Shown piece after piece: positions 36,661 through 49,680 of a DNA stretch of 64,000 nt. The position numbers were made by a program, and so were the translations under genes. The notes under the pieces are model-generated. The model did no database searches. It was not told the DNA's origin and saw only the letters and a program-made list of their open reading frames with translations. The stretch spans positions 17,174,001-17,238,000 of the forward strand of contig NC_043004.1 in NCBI RefSeq assembly GCF_006345805.1. Direction: 5' to 3'. This stretch comes from Octopus sinensis (taxonomy: Eukaryota). Position 1 is the first letter of the stretch; every line of letters begins with the position of its first letter.

Positions 36661-38231
36661 CCAACGTCTACTGTTTCTCGAACCATTCTTTCTATATCTT
36701 CCTGATCCTTCTTTATTGTTTTGTTTTAGAATTTCTATTCTTTAAAACCTCCTGCATCCAGCTCAAAAACATTACAAAGGTAACGGAAATGTCCTTTGCC
36801 ACTTCTCATAAAATGTTTTATAAGACATTCTTTTGGCAGGAATTCCATAAAATAAATATCAAACGTTGACTGGAGATGATTCAGTTAAGTAAAACTACCT
36901 TCTCAAAACTGTTATTCTTCATGTTGTTGTTGTTGTTGTAGTATTGTAATAACTTACTATTTCCCGTGTCTGGAAACAATTTCACGTGTCTGGAAAACTA
37001 ATAAACATCTACACCAAAAAAGTGGCGAAGTCTGTGCTCATTCTATGGGATTATTGAAAAGAAACCAAATACATATCGAATATCAAATATTGATCTTACC
37101 ATTTTTTTCTAATTTATTTTGTCCAATATTCATTGTTAAGTTATAAAGAACAGCAATTCAAATAAAGGGCTTTTTACACAAATTCACGAAACTTCATAGT
37201 CTACTGTCGAAATAGGATGTAAATAAGAAAATAACAGACATCAATAATTTAGTTGTTCCAACAGCATACTATAAGCAACGTGAATAAACTGAACTGGTCA
37301 ATGTGAATAAATTGAACACACACAGACATATATTTAAAGTAAAACAATAACGATAATAGTTAAATCATGTCTGATAAGAAAATATTTAATATGAGTCTGG
37401 GAAGCAGGGATCTCTATCTAGAAAAATGTAATTCTGTTATTGAATTACCAAAATATCTAATGCAAATGATAAAGAAGATAAATTGACTCAAAGAAGAAGA
37501 AAACAAAGATAAAACAAAAATTAGTTTTCTATTTTCATAGCAGCAAGCTGATTTAAAATAGAGACCGTAAAGTAAACATTAGTGAGATTATCTTCGAGGA
37601 CGTGTTATGAAATTCTTATATAACACATTAAAGAAGCAAAATATAAACTCTATACTAAAATGGAATGGAAATTATCTGTATAGACAAAAGCCGCGAGCAA
37701 TGTAGCAGATTGTTAATTGACAATCGTAAAACGTAACACTGATTCAAAATCGGAATGAATATTCGAATGTTGTTACTTCTAAAAATGCCCGTCTAAAACA
37801 AACTCCTCTCGACTTAAGAAAACGTCCGGATCCAATGAAAAGTGATGGTTTACGTGGGCGTAGGTTAATCTCTAGGAGAATTCGTAAGAGATCTAAACAA
37901 ATTCAATTGCTTTGAGAATTGATTAATATTGAAAAAATTGGAGAATATTCAAAGAATTGATGAATATTTAAAAGCTCTTTGTCTGATATCGAAAAAGTCA
38001 ATGAAAGTAATGTCTCTTGTTACTTGGACATTTGCTTACAAGTGGCCCAAGTGACAACACCACTTTTTCTTTTTTCTCACTCTCAGACAAAAGCAACGGC
38101 GGAAATAGCAGATAGTTCTTCTCGGTTATGGATAATATTGAACTCTCCTATGAACTCCCATCTTTAATTTTTCAGACCACTTTAAGGATCTTCAGAAAAC
38201 AAAAAATATTTGCACTAGTATCTTAAAAGTA

Positions 38232-38615
38232 TACTCTTTTACTCTTTTACTTGTTTCAGTCATTTGACTGTGGCCATGCTGGAGCACCGCCTTTAGTCGA
38301 ACAAATCGACCCCAGAGCTTATTCTTAGTAAGCCTAGTACTTATTCTATCGGTCTCTTTTGCCGAACCGCTAAGTTACGGGGATGTAAACACACCAGCAT
38401 CGGTTGTCAAATGATGTTGGGGAGGACAAACACAGGCACACAAACATATACACACATACTTACATATAAATACACGACTGGCTTCTTTCAGTTTCCGTCT
38501 ACCAAATCCACTCACAAGGCTTTGGTCGGCCCGAGGCTATAGTAGAAGACACTTGCCCAAGGTGCCATGGAGTAGGACTGAATCCAGAACCATGTGGTTG
38601 GTAAGCAAGCTACTT
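38232..38615 (-). mobile_element. SINE-B body; its first 19 nt lie at 40452-40470
   Basis: Ends CATGTGGTTGGTAAGCAAGCTACTT; the missing head CACAGCCACTCCTACGCCT is found beyond the 1.8-kb insert. Confidence 0.93.
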
Positions 38616-40451
38616 TATTTCATTTCATTTGCCATAGAGGCAGTACAAAGATGGGTAGCTTTGCGAGGTGGACAAGACATTGAAGAGGCCAATGATAATA
38701 ATACAAGATGATAAGGATGGGAGAAGACAGAAAGCGCCCGCCGACCCACTGCTTCTCTATAACATTGTTCTTTTAAAAAGACACACCTTGAGGTAATAAC
38801 CCTCTTACAATTTACAATATTTTACAATTGTTGGGACTAAGAAGTCCATTACAATTTAAAACATAATAAAACACATATTGAGGCGATGAACCTCTTACCT
38901 CAAGTTCCCGATTAATTCTCTTGCGACCTGCAGACACCCCTGTATCCGCAAGTCGAGGTACCAATAAAGTAATCTATAATCCTCCCTTGGGAAGGAGCCT
39001 GATGTATGAAATAACTCATTCTTTTCTAGTAACAGAGCAGCCACCTGCGGAGGCCACTCTGGTCTGTCAATAAATGTCGGTTCCATTAGTTCCCGACTCT
39101 GAAGGACATTTTCCACATAATTATCAATGGCTCCTCCACTGTGATAGAAGAACTCATATCTTTCCACACTTACATCGGGAGGGGTCTCCACTCCCTCGCT
39201 TGGTGGCACACATCGTACCGGCGAGGTTTCCATCTTCTCTCCCTCCGGTGGCAATCCCACCAAAGGGGTTTCGGGGCATGCCGCCGCCGGCGATGCCCCG
39301 TTTTTCTTTTTTTCTTCTTTTTTCCCTTTTTCACAGCAGGGGGGGTGAGGTTCCTCCGGCATGTCCGTAGACCTCTTCTTCTCTCCCGCCGCCTCGAGAT
39401 CCATCGGTGGGCAACCATTGTTGCCCACCTTCTTTCTTTTTGTTCCATTTTTCGAGGGGCTTACCTCCCCTCAACTTTCTCCCTCTCTCCCTCCAATGAA
39501 GGAGCAGGGTGCTCCGTTGGGGGAACAGGGAGTTCTTCATCGTTTAACTGTTCCAGGACCGTTGCCTGGTCCCGGCGACAGGGGCCTTATGTGGCCCGAT
39601 TCCAGGCACAGGTGACACTTGAGGGGGCGTCCCTCAACCATCACCGAGTACCTGGAACCGGCCATTGTTAAAAAATCTGGTAAAACCAGATCTTCAGCCG
39701 ATTGGGCCCATAGGGTCAAAATTGCTTTTGACCCGACCCAATCGACCGCAGGCATTACTTTTACGTTTAAGAGCCTGGCAGGGCCCCGACGGATAGTGTC
39801 TTCTGTCCATTTGGCCTCTATACCGGGTGGCAGCCCACACACCTAAGCTCTTGTCAACCCTCTACCGCCATAAGTAGAGAGAAACAAGATTTTCCCCCCC
39901 TCCAAAGGCGTGGTTGCAAAATCACGAGCTTCCGCAGGGGTGTTAAAAAGTACGCACACAGTTCGGTACTTCGCACCCCTGCGGATAAACTTAACAGTTG
40001 GCAGATAGTCTGCCAACTCCTCCTCAATTTCTTCCTCAGAGAAGACCTTGATGGTGTCAAGGACCTTGGAATAGGTCCTTAACACCACCGTCTCTCCGTG
40101 TAATTTTTTAACCATTCTTTGCCACTCCAAAGCGGGTTTCATAGTTGCCATGTTGATAGCCAAAACAAAATAATAATTCACAAACAAAAGTCCAAATGTC
40201 CAAATGAAAGTCTATAAAAAAACTCAAAACAGATCAGAAAGACAGACAAGAGAAGAAAGAGCGAAGGAAGATAGTCCAAAATGGCAACACAACACAATTC
40301 TGCTACTAGTAATCCAAACTGGTAATCCACAAATGGTATTAATACTTGCTGTCTTCGTACTCCTTGCCTGTGGTAAATCCAAGGAACTTCCAGGGCACTT
40401 TCACAAACAAATTTTTGCGGAGGTGCTACGCCTCCTCAAAAACACAATTCT
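38616..40451 (-). mobile_element. Full-length ORF1-only non-LTR-like element (family member 1, 1836 bp) inserted in the SINE-B A box
   Basis: Bounded by the two SINE-B halves; ~300-nt leader, one ORF, ~280-nt 3' UTR, tail ATGAAATGAAATA; no TSD, ~4 nt (TGGT) of target missing. Confidence 0.9.
38895..40151 (-). pseudogene. Gag-like ORF1 (~420 aa reconstructed) with CCHC knuckle
   Basis: Track ORFs 39843-40187, 39537-39842 and 38895-39428 share one frame; one premature TAG at 39843-39845; a -2 deletion in the knuckle and a -1 deletion ~120 nt later restore RPLKCHLCLESGHIRxxCRRDQATVLEQLNDEELP. Confidence 0.82.
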
Positions 40452-40470
40452 CACAGCCACTCCTACGCCT
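40452..40470 (-). mobile_element. Displaced 5' end of the SINE-B at 38232-38615
   Basis: Reverse complement AGGCGTAGGAGTGGCTGTG equals the SINE-B start seen in intact copies. Confidence 0.9.
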
Positions 40471-40484
40471 ATAGGATAAGATGA

Positions 40485-40860
40485 CAATAACCTCGGCAGA
40501 ATTTCAACTCAGAATATGAAGACAAATAAAATGCCGCTAAGCGTTTTTGTCCGACTTGTTAACGATTCTACCAGCTTACCATTTTAACCAACAACAATAA
40601 AGGTTTACCAAGATGGTTACAGTTTGGATAAGGTTTTACACAACAGAATCTTCTTCAGTCAACGTCTGATACTGATTTTATGGAACTTCTGCAAAAAGGA
40701 TGTTTTTAAAATTATCTTTAAATTATTTTGTGTGAGGTGACAAAGGTAGTTACATTAGACTATAGTAGAATAGACTTGCCCATGGTAGGTATGCAGCTGG
40801 ATTGAACCCGAAATCACGTAACTGCAAAGTGAGTTTCTTAACCACCAGCCATGCCTGCGC
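40485..40860 (-). mobile_element. SINE-A fragment (40485-40585) and SINE-B head fragment (40755-40860)
   Basis: CCTCGGCAGAATTTCAACTCAGAA; GACTATAGTAGAATAGACTTGCCC..CTTAACCACCAGCC. Confidence 0.65.
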
Positions 40861-42049
40861 CTTGTTAAAGTTTCATAATGCTCTCTGATACTGGCTAACT
40901 TATTTTTTTGGTGATGTGAAGTTTTGCAAGGTCCATTTGTTTTGTGCTTCACATACATTAAACTTGAAGTATGTATTCCTCTTTTAACCTTGGGTCGAAT
41001 AATAAAGTTTTCATTTGTTTTCATTTCGTTTTTCTTTTATTCTTTGTGATAGACAAATGTTATGTCTGCTTCTGATTTGACTCATGCATCGATGGTGTCA
41101 GTTATACGTAGTGGCGATTTACAGACAAGATGGACATTTGCAATATATTATTTATATGGAGAGATATAAACCAATAAAAATTCTCAAAGTTAATGCGTTA
41201 CTTACACAGTTATCTTTCAACAGATCATATTTTTTTTTATTTATTTGATTCGTGGTTATTTGATCGACGTTAATGGATATTTTACACAGATCTGAAGTAG
41301 TATTCTCTCATGATCATGATCAACAGTCTCTGGTGCTCTTATTGTTACTGTTATTATTACTATTGCCGTTGTTGTTGTTGTTGTTGTGACTGGCGTATAT
41401 TTAGTTGTTATGTCTAGTTTATAATCATTAAATTGTCGAACGTTAGAAAATTTTTCTGCAAATGGAAATCAAACTCTGGATATGCTTCTCGTTTTCAATA
41501 GCTGCTTTCTAATGCTCTTGTGGTTAACGTAAACCCCACCACAACGATTCGGTTTCTATGTCTATGAACATGGCTTTGTAAACTAAAGTGGTTTTGATAA
41601 ACAATGCCAGTGTCAGATCCAAGGATTTTAATGTTAAATATCACAATAGCAGAACTAATGAAATAATAATACAACACGTTAGAACTCAAGTACTCTCTCT
41701 TAACACACAATAGGTTTTAAATCTTTTAAAAGCATCTCACTCTTGCGTATTTGCTTTAAAACACGCACATACTTCACATAGTTACAAATACACACACACA
41801 GACACACACACACACACATACTTACTCTCACAAACACACACACACACACACAGTCATAGAGTGATATACAAATATATCTACACGATAAAAAAATATACAA
41901 ATCGATATTTGTCTAAGATTATATATTGCTATGTGCGTGAGTGTGTGTATACATATATATAAATGTATGTATATGCATATTATATATATATATATATATA
42001 TATGAATCTATGCATCTATGTATTTATGTATCTTCGTATTTGCATATAC

Positions 42050-42082
<33 letters not shown>

Positions 42083-42109
42083 ATGTGTATATATATACAT
42101 ATATATATG

Positions 42110-42178
<69 letters not shown>

Positions 42179-42212
42179 CATACATATACATATGCAAAGA
42201 CAGACAGACAGG

Positions 42213-42305
<93 letters not shown>

Positions 42306-42556
42306 TGATAGATATATATATATATGTGTGTATTGTTAAGAGAATGTGCAAGTGATATAAGTATCAGAATATGTTCCTTCCACTTATTTCAGAATGATGG
42401 ATAATTATAATGATTTATCTATCTGCACACATGTACACACGCACACACCCACCCACCCACCCCCACACACACATATATATATATCCTTATATATGCATAA
42501 TCACATACCTAATTTCATTCTTGTGAATCAGTGTTCCCAAATCACTTACACACGTG

Positions 42557-42588
<32 letters not shown>

Positions 42589-44174
42589 AATGCACATTTA
42601 TATATATAGGCGCATATACATATTATGATATTATGTATGTATATATATATATGTATGTGTCTAGGTATGTATGTATATGTAGTGTGGGGAGAACATCATA
42701 GATAAGAATAATTAAGTTATTGCTATACTAAATTGGCAAGAGTTTTACTAAAGCTATCTAAATTACTGACGGGAATAATTTTGAAATATAATCCAGCTTT
42801 TAGATACTTATATCTTAAGTAGCACTCAGACCAATGTGTCATAAATTAAGTTTACTGTACAAAGATTATTCGCTTCCAGAATTGCAGGTATTACTACCAT
42901 TTAAAGAGTTTAGTATATATCAAGAGATATATTATAAATACATTCTAATTCAGAGTCTGTTAAATACAACAGTAACAGTCGACAGAAATAACGGAAATAT
43001 AAAACTGAGAATATAGACAGAAATAATCTAAAATATATGTGGATTGTTGCTGCGATAAAGTACATAAACATAAATATATAAACCTTACAGATATAAAGTT
43101 ATGTACATGAATATTTCAGTGTATACATTCATACTATATGCACTATTTGTGCATGTGTATGTATACCAATAAGCATATATGTATGTAATTAAGTATGTTT
43201 TAATCATGATAGGTGATTTTTATTTGTAAAATGAGATATGAAAAATGCTATCTCGATGCGCAAGCATGATTTACTGGTTGTACAATGCTAAGAGTTTATC
43301 GACTAAGAAATCTTTATTTGGTTCAGTTCCGATGTGGTATTAGAATACGCTGCCGATACTGCCCCAAATTTATATATTTTCTGAACGGTTTACGCTATAA
43401 CCAGTCCCATAAGGTTTCTTGCAGATATCCAAAAGATACCAAATTGTTTTGATTTGTTACGCACGTTAAGCTAAATTAGTACTCTCGGAGGCTATGTATT
43501 AATAGCAATGCTTGGTCAGTGAATGATCATATTAAATTTCAATGTGGAGCGTAGAGGAATAGATACGTTGAATATCTCTAATAAAAATGTTTGGGGATTT
43601 ATAATCAAGAGAAAGGATTCTCAATAAATCTATCAGTATTATGTTTATTCATGGGAATATGGTAATTCACTGATACTATTTAGAGATTTTCACTGACAAC
43701 ATAGATGAAGAGAGGATTGTATTGTACCGGAAAGTAATCCATACGTTATTTTCATTGAACACACGAGGTTTTCACTAGATGCAATTATTCAGCTGAGTAC
43801 AAAAAGTATTATCGTACTAAATGATCTAGACTTACTTGATCATGTAGTATGATGGCTCTTTGTCCAAGTGTAAGTTTCAGAAATCACGGGGAGATAACTC
43901 TATACTTTCCTTTTTCGTAAGGAATCTGATGTACGGGCTTTTTTAAACGTTTCTTTAGAGAGATTACTGCCGATGAAAGACGTTCAGTTTGATAACCTAT
44001 TTACTACCACATAGTTTCGGGTTCTGTCCCATAGCGCAGCACTTTAAGGAAGTGTCTCCTACTATAGCATAGCATGGCACCTTCCACAAGTGTCTCCTAC
44101 TATTGCCCGGGGGTGGGGGTCGTCTGATGGCTTTTGAGTGAATTTGATTGACGGAAAATGTGTGGGAACACGTC

Positions 44175-44235
<61 letters not shown>

Positions 44236-44579
44236 AGATAGATAGATAGATAGATAGATAGATGGATAGATAGATTCATATGTTTGTGTATAGATATATG
44301 TTTATGCATACACTTATGTGTATATATATATATATACAGTACATGTGCGTGCATATTTTAAATAAGAATGAGCTAAGAGCAATAGCTCACATGCCTCTTC
44401 TTTTCCTTCCTTAAATTGTACCATGGAGAATGGCTATGAGCAGAGACGTGTTGAACTGTACCAAAAGATGCTTGTTGTCTACCAGCATCTTTGGTGATTT
44501 GCTGCCTAGCAAAGCTATTTGTCTTATCGTGTACGACGATGCGTAGCAACTATATGAGCCAAGGGCTCAAGAACACATG

Positions 44580-44887
44580 CATTCTATGTTCCATAACAAT
44601 TTTTGTCTATTTATTAGCGAAGTCTCATATAAAATAATTATTTTTGTTCTAATTGCAGGTTTTTTAAAACCCACAAACATGAACAAATTGACTCTGCAAC
44701 AGAGAATCTTTGTTATTGAAAAATACTACAAATATGGCAATGCACAAAGAGTCTGTGAATAATGGATAAACGTGTATGATGTTTCATATCTAGATGCTTT
44801 TATTAAATTCATTCAGTTGTTAAACATAAATAAATATTGAAATTAAATGGTTTTGATTTACTGTCGGGTGACTTTTGGCCAACCCTG
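44580..44887 (+). mobile_element. Tc1/mariner-like deletion remnant with one TIR
   Basis: MNKLTLQQRIFVIEKYYKYGNAQRVCE resembles a transposase HTH start; terminal GGGTGACTTTTGGCCAACCCTG|TA. Confidence 0.5.
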
Positions 44888-45019
44888 TATATTTCAATCT
44901 CAGGCTGAAAGCGTCACAATGAAATTCTCCATCACTGACAGTAACCTCTGTAGCAATCTCGGTTAGTAGCAACAATTAATAATAATATTGTCCTACTATT
45001 CCAGCCACTTTTTGAATAT

Positions 45020-45340
45020 CTGTGGTCCCTGGATAAGGGTCGTTTAAGGATGTTGAACGAAACACCCATGTTTCCAGAGGTGGATTATTCAAACCCCAAA
45101 GACTTCTTCTCAATACATGGCTATGATTTTCTCTCACTACTTCTGCTCGTGATCAGAGATGGACATATTGTCAACCACCAATGGACATGCTCAACTGGGT
45201 ATGGTCAAACAACTGACAAGCACATCTGTGGTAGAATATTTACTGTAGGCCATCTTTTATACCAAGACAAAACAATGTACATGATAACACTTCCAATCAG
45301 TTAAGATCAGAAACCATGAGAGCCACTGTCTGGTACTGCA
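45020..45340 (-). repeat. Interspersed repeat, class uncertain (possibly a LINE 3' UTR)
   Basis: Resembles a recalled common octopus repeat (GATGCAGTACCAG..GTGGCTCTCATGG..CTGATCTTAACTG); abuts the (CTT)n tract; single copy in this window. Confidence 0.4.
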
Positions 45341-45344
45341 TCAG

Positions 45345-45485
45345 GGCATTTTTCTTCTTCATCTTCTTCTTCTTCTTCTTCTTCTTCTTCTTCTTCTTCT
45401 TCTTCTTCTTCTTCTTCTTTTCTTCTTCTTCTTCTTCTTCTTCTTCTCTTCTTCTTCTTCTTCTTCTTCTTCTTATTGTTATTAT

Positions 45486-45520
<35 letters not shown>

Positions 45521-45548
45521 TTATCATTATTATCATTATTATTATTAC
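45345..45548. repeat. Compound (CTT)n(CTA)n(TTA/TCA)n microsatellite
   Basis: Direct reading. Confidence 0.95.
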
Positions 45549-45755
45549 CCCAGAGATTACACAGGCTTCTAGAGTTTCGTCTCGAAACACTTTTGAACTT
45601 GAGATTGAAATATTCTGGGCGGTGTATTTATAGTTTTGTCATGGAAATCGATAAAATATTCTTTGAAATACCATTAGAGTCACGTGATTATGCAATATGA
45701 ATTCAAAAAGTCAGTGATATAATCGGTTCTGACGTGGAATAATATACATACATTC

Positions 45756-45843
<88 letters not shown>

Positions 45844-46023
45844 TATTCGTATGTGCAAATGAGAAGTTTACATATTTACGTATAAATATATATAACTGTT
45901 TACATATACAAAGCCACACACAATTCGCAATTCACATAAATATTGTGCTCAATATATACGTACATTCTCACATGCTACGCATGTGCATTCATACAGCACG
46001 CATGCATCCTCATGTATGTATGC

Positions 46024-46056
<33 letters not shown>

Positions 46057-46859
46057 TGTATGTATGTATGTATGTATGTGTCTGTGTGTTTGTTTCTGAC
46101 TATGCATTATATATATTCATTTACAAGCATACGCTTGCACCTTTACTCATGAACTCAATAGGAAATTAACACTGATAAGTATGCGCATTCATATGTGTAT
46201 GTTTGTATGAATGAATTTGAATTAAAGGTCACACCACATATACACTGTTGTATATGTATCTGTATAGGGGCATACATATGTGTGTGTATATTCTTTATAT
46301 ATATATGTGTGTGTATATATATGCATTCATCTATTTATGTGTATGTATGTATGTATGTAAGTATATATTTATGTATGTATGTCATTATTCGGTCTTATTT
46401 CAAGATTTCTTGCCAATAGAGAAAGAGCTGGTTTCTAACCTAGATCCAAAGCTCCTTCACTGGAATTTAAACATCAACAATGTAGTTTAGTATGCATGTA
46501 CATATATATGCAGATTTCAATTTCTTTTATGTATGCATTTTAATGCATATAGTTGCATAGCTAGACAAACATATACTTAAATGATACACTTCTGGAAAGT
46601 TTTACTGATTTTGACAGTTCCAGCTTTCTCCTTCTGGGTTTGAGAAGTATTTTGGGAGTGTATTACATATCCCAGTACCCCAATAATTACAAGTATAAAC
46701 CAGTATGTATATATGTATGTTTGCATGTATGTATATTTGTATGTGTATAGCTATTTATCTAAATATCTATCATATTTAGTCTATATACACAGTCGATACT
46801 GAGATATTTAGCTTGAGATAGCATCTCTTACGGACGTGCTATGTTAAAAATACAGTAGA

Positions 46860-47087
46860 TATCTATTTCTTTACCACCCACAAGGGGCTAAACACAGAGA
46901 GGACAAACAAGGACAAACAAGGACAAACAAACCGATTAAGTCGATTATATCGACCCCAGTGAGTAACTGGTACTTAATTTATCGACCCCGAAAGGATGAA
47001 AGGCAAAGTCAACCTTGGCGGAATTTGAACTCAGAACGTAGCGGCAGACGAAATACCACTAAGTATTTCGCCCGGCGTGCTAACGAC
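46860..47087 (-). mobile_element. Young SINE-A with internal GGACAAACAA x3
   Basis: TATTTCTTTACCACCCACAAGGGGC..GCCCGGCGTGCTAACG. Confidence 0.88.
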
Positions 47088-49219
47088 GACAAAAACTCAT
47101 TTCAGTGGCAGCCAGCCATAAAGATAGAGGCATTTCAACCTTGTATGACCTTTTCAATGGTGTCTGCTAGCAGCCAGCCACATGCTCGGACGAGAAATCG
47201 TCCCAAAATGGTCAAAATGTATCTAGTGTACTCGCTGACCACTACTGGGACGAATTTTATTCGTCACCCTCTGATATCTATTGGTTTTTTTTTTAATACA
47301 CAGAATTCATAACAGATGTTGTCTCAGACAAAAACTGCAGCAACCGGCCTATCAACATTGTATACATTTTCAATATAATGAATAAACGATTATTTAAAAT
47401 AAATACAAAATCAATTTCGTATGTGTTTGCGTGTGTACATACATTATTTTCCCTGTTTTTTTACTTAATTTTTGAGAGCGGTCGGGTTCATTTTTAATAT
47501 TCTGTTGTGAGAGCAGTCGAGTTTATTTCAGATATTCTCATTTAAAAAAATCATCTCTGGTTAATCGTTGAGAGAATGTTGGTGTTACCTTCGCGGAGGT
47601 TTGAGCTCTCTGAGTGTTCTTGCTATGCTTTAATATACATATCTTTTATCCGTATACAATGTTATAATAAACATCGTCGATACTTTAAGATTCTTTCTCC
47701 TTCTCTTTCTATATCTCTCACCCTCTCTCTTTCTCACCTTCTCTCTCTCTCTCTCTCCCTCTTCTGCTTTTATCGATTTTCTCTATTCTTACATGTAGTC
47801 TCTGTACGTATTATTTTTTTCAATATTCTTATGTGTTAATAGACACATGTGCATTTGTATGTAAGAATAGGTGAACGTAGCTTCTCTGGGTGTATATACT
47901 TGCATGCACACTTATACAGATATGTATGCATAGACGCAACACACACAAGCGCACATTTGTGTGCATATGAACGTGTGTGAGATGAGTGTATGAGTGTGTG
48001 TGTTTATGCATGTGTGTGTATATATGTGTGTGTGTGTGTATGTATGTATATATATATATATATTATATATATATATATTATATATATATATATATATTAT
48101 ATATATATATATAATATATATATATATATATTATATATATATATATACTGCAGGTGTTCTTAGTTACAAGGTTAAGTGTTTGTAAACCAATGCGTTTCAC
48201 GTGAGGGTGTACTAACTTACTTATTTTTATTTATATATTTAATTAATTGTATAATTCCCGTTCCTGATACCTTGCAAGGATTGAGGTGTCTCAAAGTTCA
48301 CTGTGGTGCTCGAAGAGCGAATCTCCCGGGAGATGGGGAAATATATATTCCGTTAAAAGGATTGGATTTTTATACCATATCACATACATACACATACACA
48401 CACACAGAAGAAATAAACATACACGTACAGGCACACACACATATAGATATGTATGTATGTATGTATATTTGCAGACATGTGCATACATTCACACACACTC
48501 ACACACATTGTAACCTCTACTAAATGCTTAACTGCTGATAACGAAGACGTTATATCAAGTTTAAACCTCTTTCAATCAAACAGTAGCATCCGCCTTAGCT
48601 TAAATATTCTTCGGATTACTGGAAATCTCTTTCTGCCAGATAACTCCTACAAAATACTTAATAAAAATACGATCAAATTTTTGTACTCTACTACATCAAA
48701 TTCCGCTTCAGTAATCATCATCTCCAGTATTAAAGATGTCAATCTACCCCAACTACTCTTAATTCTAATAGCCTCAATTGCAATTGCTCAAATCCGGTAC
48801 ACTACGTCTTAATTCAATCTAACTAGATATGTTGGTACCAGTACAGTGTAGTCAGCCCTAATCTCACCCAAGCCTACATGGGCATCCCTGTTAATCATTT
48901 TAAGTTACGAGCACTTCTCCAGCACTGCTAGAAGTAAAGCGGGTTCAATATCGAACGCATCTACGATATAAGATGCATTATGACTTAAAGTCGAAAATAA
49001 CTTGAACAAAATTTTACTCAGGAAACCACAAACCCTGTAATTTATGCATTCCTGATATATACCACATACATTTCACTAAAGACAACCTACCAAATAAACA
49101 CCCAGAAAGACTTATATTTTCTCATTGTTGAAAGTATACATATACTTTTAACCTATTTCTTGCCCTAATAGATTAACTTTGGTAACCTTCTGAGGTGAGT
49201 AATGCTTATAAATTCACGG

Positions 49220-49420
49220 TGACGCGTTGTGTCCTTGTGCAAGACACTTTATTTCACGTTGCTCCAGTCCTCTCAGCGGCAAAAATGTCAACTCTGTGTC
49301 ACGCTGATTCTCCCTGAGAACCACATTAAAGGTATGTGTGTCTGTGGAGTGCTCAGCTATTTTCACGTTAATTTCACGGACAGGTTGTTGATCGGAGCAA
49401 CTAGAACCCTCGTGCCAGTA
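49220..49420 (+). mobile_element. SINE of a fourth family (SINE-D), head decayed
   Basis: GTTGTGTCCTTGTGCAAGACACTTTATTTCACGTTGCTCCAGT matches the reverse complement of 63400-63440. Confidence 0.6.
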
Positions 49421-49449
49421 GAAGAGTGCTTACTTGGAAGCAGTGCATT

Positions 49450-49680
49450 GGCACAAATGCGTTGAGGTACTTACTTGTATCTGCTTAGGATCTGCGTTCA
49501 AATCCCGGCGGAGTAGGCTTTCTTGTCATCTTTCCGGAAGATCGACAAAATACAAGGACTAAAATTTTGGAAAATGATATTATTAATTAAACTAAGCGTA
49601 GAACCAGTAAAGTACTACGGTTAGTTTAATTAATATCATTTTCCAAAATTTTAGTTCTTGTGCCTCTGTTAGAAATCAAT
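49450..49680 (+). mobile_element. Decayed SINE-A containing a fold-back inverted duplication (49553-49660)
   Basis: GCGTTCAAATCCCGGCGGAG..CTTTCTTGTCATCTTTCCGG..TCGACAAAATA, then the inverted arms. Confidence 0.6.

Noticed and set aside
37570-38165. Stop-poor plus-strand frame (DYLRGRVMKFLYNTL..KQTPLDLRKRPDP..) suggesting a decayed gene or viral ORF
   Set aside because: About seven stops in ~190 codons and no recognisable motif; not clearly distinguishable from chance without a homology search.
44460-44495. Short hairpin ACCAAAAGATGCT/AGCATCTTTGGT
   Set aside because: About 12 bp with a bulge; plausible by chance in 64 kb and no supporting context.
48500-49150. Possible LINE endonuclease remnant on minus (DAHVG-like)
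   Set aside because: Only one weak motif; frames could not be joined convincingly.
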